A stretch of 64,000 nt of DNA from Opitutales bacterium (GTDB lineage Bacteria > Verrucomicrobiota > Verrucomicrobiia > Opitutales > UBA2987). Each line of letters starts with the position of its first letter. Positions within the stretch are counted from its first letter, which is position 1. Where the stretch lies: the NCBI GenBank assembly GCA_021772535.1, contig JAJFLV010000175.1, positions 1,021 through 65,020 of the forward strand. The letters run 5' to 3'. Made by a program: the position numbers and the translations under genes. Shown here in pieces: positions 19,462 to 27,973 of this stretch. The notes under the pieces were generated by a model. That model was not told the origin of the DNA, searched no databases, and was given only the letters and a program-made list of their open reading frames with translations.

Positions 19462-20946
19462 TTAATGCCGGCGGATCCACCCGACGGCGATTCCCATTAT
19501 GGCGAGCAACCCGGGGATCGTCAGGAGAATCAACCCAAGTCTGTTCAATTCCGGCTTGCTGAGGGGTAATTGGAATTTTTCGATGGGCCGCGGGGGAATG
19601 GCCAGCATGCGGTCGCGGCCCAGACACCAGTTTATGGTGTTTAAAAAAAGCATGAAATTGCCGATGGAGCCAATCCTCTGGTTGGCAATGAGGTCTGAGT
19701 TGCCAAATGTGACCAGCCTCCCGCCGGAAAGGTTGATGCCCAGATTCGAGGACACCTTGCGTTCCGATACAGCCGCAATGCTGATTGGTCCTTTCAGGTC
19801 GGTTGCCAAATCGAATTTAAGGTCATCCAGATCGCGGACCTGCCGGTAGGAACGCTCGGCCCAACTGTTTTCCGAGGAGGCCAATAATTGAACGGTGCTT
19901 AAGCGTTCGTCCAGGGGCGAGCCAAGATCGAAACGGACGGGCCGGGTAACTCCCATCATAACGGGAATATGGTTTTTCAAAAGAATGTCGGTGATGGGGT
20001 GTTGGGCAAACCTCCGTATAAGCAAATCACCGTTTGTCTCTTGATAATCCGGGCCCGTATCGACGATCAGCATATCATCGGTGAGGATGCCCCATTCGTA
20101 AAAAAGGTCTTCCAATCCGTGTTTGCGCCAGGGATCGATGAGCACAATCAGACGCCCGGCCTTGTCCCCCAGAAATTTGCGCAACTTTTCCACTTCCTGT
20201 TCCATCAGAGGGCCTTGGGGAGAGGCGATCACGACCAGGTTGGCCTCTTCCGGCACTTCGGGGGCCAAGGCCAGGTCGAGATTCTCCATCTCAATATTTC
20301 TCTCCTCCAATTGTTGCGCCAACTCCGAAAGCCCTCTCTTCGGGTCCACATCGTCCAGACGCATTTCTCCATGACCGGCCAGAAAATAGACCTTTTGCTT
20401 TCGATCCCCGGTAACTTCCATGAGGGCTGAAGTAAAAGCCTTTTCTCCTTTGAAGGCCGAGGGCAAGCCGTCCGTGAGATCGACAATATCGGTCGGAAGC
20501 AGTTGCCGCCGTTTGTCCCCGCTAACTACCAGGATGAGGTTGGGTTGGTTTATTCCGTAGGTTCGATAGATGATATCGGCCTTTCTGATTTCTTTGTATA
20601 CATCGACAAATTCGACCTCGATTTTCCGCTTGCCCCCTTTCTGACCGGCATATTCGTATTCTCTGAGCAGCCTCTGCACGTATTTGTAGATATGGCGCAG
20701 TTCCTCCTGGGGGGATTCTTCGGGGATGGTGACAATGATTTTAGCGATAGCTTCCATCTTGTCGATTTCGGCCACCGTTTCCGGGGAAAGCGAGTATATA
20801 TGGTTGTGGGAAAGATCGAACCTCTTGAAGTGCCGCGTGGCCAAAGAGTTTAAACCAACGATCAAGACTATGCTAAGGAGGATCTGCGCACCCCGGTTGA
20901 TGCGTTTATACCAATTGACGATTCTAAAATCTTCCGGGAAATGCAT
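19462..20946 (-). CDS. GldG-family ABC transporter auxiliary protein
   Basis: 494 aa with N- and C-terminal TM helices flanking a large periplasmic domain ('VYFLAGHGE', 'VVIASPQ', 'LIVLIDP'). Follows the ABC-2 permease gene after a 5-nt spacer. Confidence 0.8.
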   Translation of the reverse strand: MHFPEDFRIVNWYKRINRGAQILLSIVLIVGLNSLATRHFKRFDLSHNHIYSLSPETVAEIDKMEAIAKIIVTIPEESPQEELRHIYKYVQRLLREYEYAGQKGGKRKIEVEFVDVYKEIRKADIIYRTYGINQPNLILVVSGDKRRQLLPTDIVDLTDGLPSAFKGEKAFTSALMEVTGDRKQKVYFLAGHGEMRLDDVDPKRGLSELAQQLEERNIEMENLDLALAPEVPEEANLVVIASPQGPLMEQEVEKLRKFLGDKAGRLIVLIDPWRKHGLEDLFYEWGILTDDMLIVDTGPDYQETNGDLLIRRFAQHPITDILLKNHIPVMMGVTRPVRFDLGSPLDERLSTVQLLASSENSWAERSYRQVRDLDDLKFDLATDLKGPISIAAVSERKVSSNLGINLSGGRLVTFGNSDLIANQRIGSIGNFMLFLNTINWCLGRDRMLAIPPRPIEKFQLPLSKPELNRLGLILLTIPGLLAIMGIAVGWIRRH

Positions 20947-20951
20947 TTTAT

Positions 20952-21731
20952 TTACGTTTTCGCCTCCACAATCAATACGGCCAGACCCAACACCATGGCG
21001 CTATTGCAAATGTAAAAAAAGAAGGGCCGGGTATCGATTACTCCAAGGCTGAAATCTTCCAGATGTTTGAAAACCTGCACAATGTTGAGTATTTCCCCCA
21101 GCCAGGGAAACCAGGCCAGGGATTCTTCCTGCAACTCACGCATTCCGATGATAATGATAAAGAGTATGCAAAAACTGAGCATGGCGGCAACAAACTGGCT
21201 GCGGGTCAGACTGCTCGAAAAAATTCCCACGGCGATAAACAGAAGTCCACTCACAGCGACAAATGAATAACCTCCCAGAAGGGCTCCCCGATCCATCAAA
21301 TGGCTTCCCGTGGCTGGAGAATCCAGACTCAAACTGACTAGCCAGGGAAATCCCAAGGTGAGCAGCCAGAGGAAACAGTAAAACAGGTAGGCCGCGAAAA
21401 ATTTGCTGGCGATGACTTCCAGCGCGGTGACCGGTGTCGTCATGAGTGTTTCCAGCGTGCCTGTGCGACGCTCTTCGGCCACACTTTTCATGGTCAGCAA
21501 AGGTACCACGAAAAAAACCGGCAGCCAGAAGAGTTGAAAAAACATGCTGGCGGGCAAACCTTCCTGCGGTTCAAGGCTGTATTGCAGTAAAATTTTCCAG
21601 TAAATCCACCCCATCAGGACTAAGAACAAGACCCCTGCGGCATAGGTTGAAGGAGCGATGAGAAGGGCTCTCAGTTCGTGGTGCAATAAACTGAAAAAAT
21701 GTTTCATGACGCTAGGCCGCATCCCTCCCAA
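20952..21731 (-). CDS. ABC-2 type permease (GldF-like)
   Basis: 259 aa, about six TM helices, with 'EERRTGTLETLMTTPV' typical of ABC-2/GldF permeases. Its start abuts the ATPase stop. Confidence 0.8.
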   Translation of the reverse strand: MGGMRPSVMKHFFSLLHHELRALLIAPSTYAAGVLFLVLMGWIYWKILLQYSLEPQEGLPASMFFQLFWLPVFFVVPLLTMKSVAEERRTGTLETLMTTPVTALEVIASKFFAAYLFYCFLWLLTLGFPWLVSLSLDSPATGSHLMDRGALLGGYSFVAVSGLLFIAVGIFSSSLTRSQFVAAMLSFCILFIIIIGMRELQEESLAWFPWLGEILNIVQVFKHLEDFSLGVIDTRPFFFYICNSAMVLGLAVLIVEAKT

Positions 21732-22769
21732 TCAGGAGGATTCCTGGTTTGTATTGTTGTCCCTGGATTTTGTGGAAGGCAAGACCTCCTTCCAACTGCG
21801 GCGGGTGGCCGATAGAAATATATCCTCCAGGCTGGATTCGACCCGGTTGAAGGAGCGCAGGCTCATGTCGGGCTGGCGCTGAAACCATGCCATTATCTGT
21901 TCACTGAGATCTTCTCTCTGTGGTGTAGACAGGGTGATGTTTATAAATCCGTTTTTGTCGGGTTTTCCCATGGGGGACCAAGTCATGTTCGGATCGATAT
22001 CCCGGAGCAATTGTCCCAGATTTTCCAATCCGCCTTTCAGAGTAGCCTTGTAGGTATATTTATTAATGAACTCCTTACGCAGTGATTCAGCCGTGCCGGA
22101 GGCAACAATGCGGCCTTGATTGATTATTATAACCCGATCGCAGGACAACTCGACTTCGGCCAGCATGTGGCTGGAAATGATAACCGCCATCTTTCCGCGA
22201 AAAGATTCGATCAAATCCCTGATGGCAATAATCTGGTGAGGATCCAGCCCGATGGTCGGTTCATCCATAATAATGACTTTGGGCTCGGCCAGGATAGCAT
22301 CGGCAATACCGATACGCTGGCGATAACCCTTGGAAAGGGTGCCGATTACCTTGTTTCGAATTTTTTGGTTCAGATCGCAAAGATCGAGAACTTCCTCCAG
22401 CCTGGTTTTCAATCTTTTGGTAGGGATTTCCTTCAGCCGGGCCCGGTATCTCAGATATTCCAGCACCCTCATATCCTCCGGCAAGGGATTGTTCTCAGGC
22501 ATATAGCCGATTAGTCGCTTGACCTCCTCAATGCGGGTCGCCACCGATAAGCCGCCGATCCGGGCTATTCCCGAGGTGGCTGGAATCAACCCGCATAGAA
22601 TCCGAATGGTGGTGCTTTTACCGGCCCCGTTGGGTCCCAAAAATCCAACCACTTCTCCATGGGCAACCTTGAAGGAAACATCGTCAACTGCGGTAACGTG
22701 ATGATATCTCTTGGTGAGGTTCCGAACCTCTATGCTGGACCCGTCCATAGTCAAAATTTTTCCTGACAA
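21732..22769 (-). CDS. ABC transporter ATP-binding protein (GldA/CcmA-like)
   Basis: Walker A 'GPNGAGKST', Q-loop, signature 'LSKGYRQR', Walker B 'IIMDEPTIGLD', H-loop 'SSHML'. Has an extra ~100-aa C-terminal domain. Confidence 0.9.
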   Translation of the reverse strand: MSGKILTMDGSSIEVRNLTKRYHHVTAVDDVSFKVAHGEVVGFLGPNGAGKSTTIRILCGLIPATSGIARIGGLSVATRIEEVKRLIGYMPENNPLPEDMRVLEYLRYRARLKEIPTKRLKTRLEEVLDLCDLNQKIRNKVIGTLSKGYRQRIGIADAILAEPKVIIMDEPTIGLDPHQIIAIRDLIESFRGKMAVIISSHMLAEVELSCDRVIIINQGRIVASGTAESLRKEFINKYTYKATLKGGLENLGQLLRDIDPNMTWSPMGKPDKNGFINITLSTPQREDLSEQIMAWFQRQPDMSLRSFNRVESSLEDIFLSATRRSWKEVLPSTKSRDNNTNQESS

Positions 22770-22897
22770 CTGCTATGGGCTACATCCTGCCCGAGAAATT
22801 CCGATTTCTACTTTTTGGCATTTCTGCGTTTTTCTCAGTAAGCACATTTTATCTTTAGACACCGCAAAGGGCAAGAAGGGTTCGAAAAATTATTGAA

Positions 22898-23668
22898 TTA
22901 CTGGCGGGCATAGGCTTCCGCCAACCCGATCAAAGTAATATGAGGATTAAACTCAATATCCGATAACCAGGTTTGCGGCAATATTCCCGCACTTCCGCCG
23001 GTAGCCACTACTTTGGCCTCGTCTTCACCTCGTTCCCGAAGCTCGCGCTGAACTCGTTCCAGAAGGGCCCGGATCATCCCTTCAAAACCCACTGCGCAGC
23101 CAAGCTTCATCGCCTCGACCGTTGTTTTGCCGATTCCTGCCGAAACCATAAGGTCGTTGGGGTCCAGTTTCGGCAGCAAGGCGGTGCGCTCATGCAGATA
23201 TCGTGTAATTACATCCAGACCCGGAGCAATGATCCCCCCTTCGTAACCTTTGCTCGATACAATGTCGAAGGTGACGGCAGTGCCCATATCGATAACTATC
23301 ACCGGCGGGCCGTAAAGTATCTGGCCGGCCACGGCATTGGCCAAAATATCCTGACCGATTTCGCGTATATCGGGAAAATTGAATTTCAAGGGGCAGTTTT
23401 CGCAGGTAATCTGATAAACGGGCCGTGACCACCCGACATTTTCTAAAAGATCGCGGAATTGCGTCGTTACGTCGGGTACCACGGAACCGAAGGCCATTCC
23501 TTCAACCCCGGAACCCTCAGGGCCATATTTTTGCAATACGGGCAATATCCCGAATTGAGGATCCTCAAGCAGCTTCGTCCCGAAAGCTCCCTCCTGCGTT
23601 ACGCGCCTTTTATTGACCAACCCGTGCTGGGTATTGGTATTATTAATATTGATACAGAGAACACTCAT
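22898..23668 (-). CDS. coaX: Type III pantothenate kinase
   Basis: 'LCININNTNT' (DxGNT-like), 'VIVIDMGTAVTFD' and 'GGIIAPG'. ATGA overlap with the birA stop. Confidence 0.9.
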   Translation of the reverse strand: MSVLCININNTNTQHGLVNKRRVTQEGAFGTKLLEDPQFGILPVLQKYGPEGSGVEGMAFGSVVPDVTTQFRDLLENVGWSRPVYQITCENCPLKFNFPDIREIGQDILANAVAGQILYGPPVIVIDMGTAVTFDIVSSKGYEGGIIAPGLDVITRYLHERTALLPKLDPNDLMVSAGIGKTTVEAMKLGCAVGFEGMIRALLERVQRELRERGEDEAKVVATGGSAGILPQTWLSDIEFNPHITLIGLAEAYARQ

Positions 23669-24675
23669 ACCGTTTTGGGCGCGAGGGTTTCGGTAGTTCC
23701 CAGGCTGACATCCCCTGCTCTTAACCTTACAATGTCCCCGTCTTCTGCGCGAAGCCGTAGGGCGCCATTCTCCTCAATTCCCTCGGCTATTCCCTGAATG
23801 TCCCCTTCATCGCCGTGGGCCTTTACCATTTTCCCTTTCAGATAGTCGTAACGCTCCCAGAGCGCTGGAAATTCGTCCACGCCAACTCCCCGGCAAAACT
23901 CATCGCAGGCGCGCACACCGCATACCACCAGTCGGGCGGTCAGAGGGTTGATGGGGATCGGTTCTCCTTTGGCTCCGGCCAGGGAGATGGCTCCATTGGC
24001 AATGGTTTCCGGCCATTCTTCACAACGGCCGTTCACATTGAGCCCGAACCCGAAAACAAGGTCGCGTGTAGAATCGGCGTCAATGCGAGCCTCGGTCAGC
24101 ATCCCGCCGGCTTTTTTCATGTGCAGAACTAGATCATTGGGCCATTTCAGCATGAGGGGCAGCCGACATAGGTTCTGCAGTTCTTGGCAAAAGTGAACGC
24201 CCATCCAAAGCGTGAAAAGCTGCATATTTCGAGGGGACATTTGAGGGCGAAAGGCCAGGCTGAGGTAGCAGTTGCCTTCCTCCGGGCTGTGCCACTTGCG
24301 TCCCAGGCGGCCTCGGCCTTGGCGCTGGCGGGAAGTGAGAACGGCAAAGGGTGCTTCCCTCCCATCGGCCAATTGCCGCTCAGCCTCGCTGTTTGTGCTG
24401 TCTAATTCCGGGTAACATAACAGGTTTGCGGTGCATCCGTACAGTGTGAGGTAAGCCCTTAAGAGAGGTCCATAAAGTTCGGATGGCTCCTCCACCAGCC
24501 GGTAGCCGGTGTGTCTTATCGCTTCAAAGACAAATCCCGCCTCCCTCAATTTTTCCAGTCTTGCCCAAACCGCCACCCGTGAAATTCCCAGTTCTTCCGC
24601 TATGGCATTGCCGGAAACAAAGCCAGGCGCTTTTTTCAGCAAGCTTTGGATTATGATGGCGTCCGTTTCAGACAT
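23665..24675 (-). CDS. birA: Bifunctional biotin-[acetyl-CoA-carboxylase] ligase / transcriptional repressor BirA
   Basis: N-terminal winged HTH ('FVSGNAIAEELGISRVAVWARLEKLREAG') plus the ligase core 'SRQRQGRGRLGRKWHSP' (GRGRxGR motif). I chose the ATG at 24675 (MSETD). Confidence 0.85.
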   Translation of the reverse strand: MSETDAIIIQSLLKKAPGFVSGNAIAEELGISRVAVWARLEKLREAGFVFEAIRHTGYRLVEEPSELYGPLLRAYLTLYGCTANLLCYPELDSTNSEAERQLADGREAPFAVLTSRQRQGRGRLGRKWHSPEEGNCYLSLAFRPQMSPRNMQLFTLWMGVHFCQELQNLCRLPLMLKWPNDLVLHMKKAGGMLTEARIDADSTRDLVFGFGLNVNGRCEEWPETIANGAISLAGAKGEPIPINPLTARLVVCGVRACDEFCRGVGVDEFPALWERYDYLKGKMVKAHGDEGDIQGIAEGIEENGALRLRAEDGDIVRLRAGDVSLGTTETLAPKTV

Positions 24676-24764
24676 AAAAAGGGAATACTTAAACAAGAAA
24701 CGGTTGGAAGCATGAACTCGGATGTCAAATCCGCAATAGCAAATCAAATGCCTGAAATCGGGTT

Positions 24765-25709
24765 TTAACTTTGCCAGTCAAAACCCATATCGACCCAATT
24801 ACTCTGATGGACAAGCGCTCCACAGGATATAAAGTCCAGTCCGATCCCGGCCAGACTGGGCAGCCGGTCCAATGTGATTCCACCGCTGGCTTCGGTACAG
24901 GCCCGGTTGCCGATTAGGGCCTGTCCCTCTACCAGGTCCGCATCGGAAAAATTATCCAGTAATATTACATCAGGCTCTACTTTCAGGATGGGGGGAATTT
25001 GATCGAGAGAGTCGACTTCGATTTCTATGAGAAGCTCCGGTCTCCGGCTGCGAGCATTTTTAACGGCTTGGGCGAGGCGATTGATCCCCTTTTCTCCTGC
25101 CTGGGCCAGGTGATTGTCTTTGAACATGATCCGGTCGAACAAACCGATCCGGTGGTTCCATCCGCCTCCGCAAGCCACCGCGTATTTTTCCAAAACACGG
25201 AAGCCGGGGGTGGTTTTTCGAGTGTCCAGGAGTTTGGTTTTGCACCAACCGAGGGCTTCTACATATTGGGCGGTCTGGGTCGCCACACCGCTCAAGTGCT
25301 GGAGAAAGTTGAGGATTACTCTTTCAGCCTGCAAAAGAACCGCGGCCGGTCCAGAAATAATTCCCAGACAAGCTTCCGCTTCCACCTGCCGGCCATCCTT
25401 GCCCAAAGGATTCCATGTGCAGCCGTGGCCGTAAATTTCCAGTATCATCGGAATCAACTGGAGTCCGCTAGGGGCCAGCGCAACCCGAGCCATGAGGGCC
25501 GCCTGACCGTTTTCCCCCGGAGCGAGGGCTTGGGTTGTGACGTCTCCCGGGATGGATGGCAAAGCAGCCAGTCCGGCCCCTTCCAGATCCTCCTTCTTGG
25601 CCAGGAGGATGAGTTGGCGCAAATAACCTGCATCCAGATCCTCCCAACCAATCCGTCGACAAAAGGATTTGGCTTCATATCTTGACCCCATCCGTGCTCC
25701 CGTCTGCAT
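24765..25709 (-). CDS. nadC: Nicotinate-nucleotide diphosphorylase (quinolinate phosphoribosyltransferase)
   Basis: 'ERVILNFLQHLSGVAT', 'LLDTRKTTPGFR..EKYAV..GGG.NHR', 'MFKDNH', 'IEVD', 'ILLDNF' and 'EASGGI'. Confidence 0.9.
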   Translation of the reverse strand: MQTGARMGSRYEAKSFCRRIGWEDLDAGYLRQLILLAKKEDLEGAGLAALPSIPGDVTTQALAPGENGQAALMARVALAPSGLQLIPMILEIYGHGCTWNPLGKDGRQVEAEACLGIISGPAAVLLQAERVILNFLQHLSGVATQTAQYVEALGWCKTKLLDTRKTTPGFRVLEKYAVACGGGWNHRIGLFDRIMFKDNHLAQAGEKGINRLAQAVKNARSRRPELLIEIEVDSLDQIPPILKVEPDVILLDNFSDADLVEGQALIGNRACTEASGGITLDRLPSLAGIGLDFISCGALVHQSNWVDMGFDWQS

Positions 25710-26088
25710 ACCTCTAGCTGTAGCTGTATTTCAAATTCCAGGAAAATACCCGTTCAAAAAATTTTTGCCAAGCCGGGATTTCCTGCCTCTGCAAAGTTAT
25801 CAACCGAATACGACACTTGCTCTGAGTTTACGCTCCTCCCAATGTCCTTGGTTGGGGCGTTGGCGAAACCTGGATTAATTCCATTGCGTTGAACGCCGAC
25901 CAAGTAAGACATTTGCAAAAAGATGGCATGAGTTCACAATCAAGCCTTACCATCATTGATGAAAAAATACAATCGAGGAGCGGCGCACCTTTAGTACTGC
26001 CTTGCTGGAGACACAAAATCTCTTCTGTCTATATGCACTTATTAACGGGACACGGCACTAGAAAACCATTGGCAATAGGAAACGAACG

Positions 26089-27333
26089 ATGAATCAATTT
26101 AAAAACAGGTTCAACCTGCCAGCCACGCGTCGGGAATTTTTAACCGCCGGCGGCCGCGGCATCGGCTTGCTGGCCTGTTGCCATTATGCGCCTTCTTTTT
26201 TGACCGGCGCAGCGCTGTCCGACGCTCCGGCTTCGGAAAAAGACCGGACTATCTTTGTTCTGATCCAAATGGCCGGCGGTAATGATGGCCTCAACACCTT
26301 GATCCCCTTTGAGGACGACCGTTATTATCGGCTAAGGCCACGGTTGGCCTTGAAGAAGACCGAGGTGGTCCGGGTTGCGGATAATCTGGGTTTTCATCCG
26401 GCTTGCCGGCAAATGGCAGGGCTTTTTAACGATGGCAGACTTGGAATCATTCAGAATGTCGGCTACCCCAACCCCAACCGGAGCCACTTTCGTTCCTCCG
26501 AAATCTGGGAGACTGCCGCAGACAGTGATGAATACCTCTCAAGTGGCTGGTTGGGCCGTTATCTGGACAACAATTGCCCAACGGCTAAAGAAGATTCCGA
26601 CCCTTTGGGCGTTCATACCGGAGGCGAAACACCGCAGTCCTTTTTTTCGGAAAAGCCGCACAATCTTTTTGGACTTCGCCATTTGAACCGGAGGCGAGAA
26701 AGCGGGGGCAGCCAGGAACTGCTGGATAATCTGGCCCAAGCCTCACCTCAAAATGAAAACGCGGAATTTATAAGCCACACCTTGATGAACAACTTAGTAT
26801 CAGAAAGGCGGGTGCAGAAAATTGTCCGCAATTATCGATCCCAATCCGAATACCCCTCTACCCGTTTGGCTAATTCGCTGCGCGGCGTCGCCGCCATGAT
26901 TGCTACGGGTCTGGAAACCCGGGCTTATTTTGTCTCCCAGACAGGCTACGATACCCATGCCAATCAGTTGCCAGTGCAGAACCGATTGCTTGGTGATTTA
27001 TCCGGGGCGTTGAGCGCTTTCCAGACTGACCTCACTGCTCACGGCCTGGAGAATCAGGTGCTGACCATGACTTTTTCCGAATTTGGCCGCCGCCCGGCGG
27101 AAAACAACCGTGGCGGAACCGACCACGGCACATCGGCGCCGCTATTTGTGATGGGTTCGAAATTGAAAAACAATCTTCTGGGCACACCGCCTGACCTCGA
27201 TGTTGGCAAGGGTAAAGATCTCACCTATTCGACGGATTTTCGGCAAGTTTATGCCACTATCCTCGAAAACTGGCTGGGTTGCTCCCGGGAGCCGATCATT
27301 GGAAGAAGATTCCAGCCTCTTACTTTTGTTTGA
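26089..27333 (+). CDS. DUF1501 domain-containing protein (sulfatase-like, Tat signal)
   Basis: Twin-arginine signal 'TRREFLTAGGRG'. 'GGNDGLNTLIP', 'GYPNPNRSHF.S..IWE', 'GYDTHANQ', 'FSEFGRR..EN..GGTDHG' and 'DFRQVYATILE.WLG' are hallmark DUF1501 blocks. Confidence 0.85.
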   Translation: MNQFKNRFNLPATRREFLTAGGRGIGLLACCHYAPSFLTGAALSDAPASEKDRTIFVLIQMAGGNDGLNTLIPFEDDRYYRLRPRLALKKTEVVRVADNLGFHPACRQMAGLFNDGRLGIIQNVGYPNPNRSHFRSSEIWETAADSDEYLSSGWLGRYLDNNCPTAKEDSDPLGVHTGGETPQSFFSEKPHNLFGLRHLNRRRESGGSQELLDNLAQASPQNENAEFISHTLMNNLVSERRVQKIVRNYRSQSEYPSTRLANSLRGVAAMIATGLETRAYFVSQTGYDTHANQLPVQNRLLGDLSGALSAFQTDLTAHGLENQVLTMTFSEFGRRPAENNRGGTDHGTSAPLFVMGSKLKNNLLGTPPDLDVGKGKDLTYSTDFRQVYATILENWLGCSREPIIGRRFQPLTFV

Positions 27334-27345
27334 TTGCGGTAATTT

Positions 27346-27921
27346 TCACGCCGGTTTAATATAATACCGCATAATGGGCCGGGTAGGGGAGCGACGGGCG
27401 CATTCAGTGAATCCGGCCTGGAGAAAGGCTGAGGCAAGTCCGGTGTAGGCAAAGACGGGTGGCATGGGGTCCTTTTTTGGTTCTACGGGATAGCCTTCCA
27501 AAATTGAACCGCCCTGCTTTTTGACATATTCAATGGCGGCTGTGAGTAATTTAACCGTCAGACCCTTTCTGCGCTGCTTTTTGTGAACAAAAAAACAGGG
27601 CACTGACCAAACGGGAGATTCATCCACTTTTTTGAGAATGCGAGATCGTCCTAGGCGGCTGAAAGTCTCCCTGGGGGCCAGTGCGCACCATCCTACCGGC
27701 TGCTCATCGACATAGCCGAGGATACCCGGAACCTGGCCTGATTGCACGATCGTTTTCATGGCTTCGCGGTTCTGGGTGCCTTTAAAGCGTTCGAATTCCG
27801 ATTGGGTCTGCCGCCAATACAGGCACCAGCAACCGGCACAGGCGCCGCGTTCTCCAAACAGCGCCTCGAAATCTTCCCAGTGCTCTGGGGTTAAGGGATA
27901 AAAGCTTGTCTGCTTTACCAC
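27346..27921 (-). CDS. GNAT family N-acetyltransferase
   Basis: Motif A 'VHKKQRRKGLTVKLLTAAIEYVKKQG' and an unusual 'GACAGCWCLYWR' block. The ORF-track start (28086) would overlap the gltA 3' end by 113 nt. I propose the GTG at 27921 (GAAAGG 9 nt upstream), but the start is uncertain. Confidence 0.6.
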   Translation of the reverse strand: MVKQTSFYPLTPEHWEDFEALFGERGACAGCWCLYWRQTQSEFERFKGTQNREAMKTIVQSGQVPGILGYVDEQPVGWCALAPRETFSRLGRSRILKKVDESPVWSVPCFFVHKKQRRKGLTVKLLTAAIEYVKKQGGSILEGYPVEPKKDPMPPVFAYTGLASAFLQAGFTECARRSPTRPIMRYYIKPA

Positions 27922-27973
27922 CCAAATCGCCTTTCTGGAGTAAGGAGAGGGGTTGCTGGTCAACGGAGTGGTT

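Noticed and set aside
19448-19627. N-terminal 60-aa extension of the DUF4340 ORF (and similar long-start versions of fusA, rpsD, birA, hisH, nfo, manA, and the TatT and LolA-like genes)
   Set aside because: Most of the extensions overlap the upstream gene or lack family-typical sequence (Pro/Arg/His-rich for DUF4340). For manA, nfo, TatT and the LolA-like gene, which have no upstream overlap, I relied on the family N-terminus, RBS or signal peptide. I verified an internal ATG in the sequence for each case, and it gives the expected N-terminus or TM helix.
25669-26092. Three 62-69-aa ORFs in the 379-nt nadC/DUF1501 intergenic region
   Set aside because: No RBS, no signal, TM or motif content. 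They overlap each other on both strands. I treat the region as non-coding and flag it only as a possible regulatory region.
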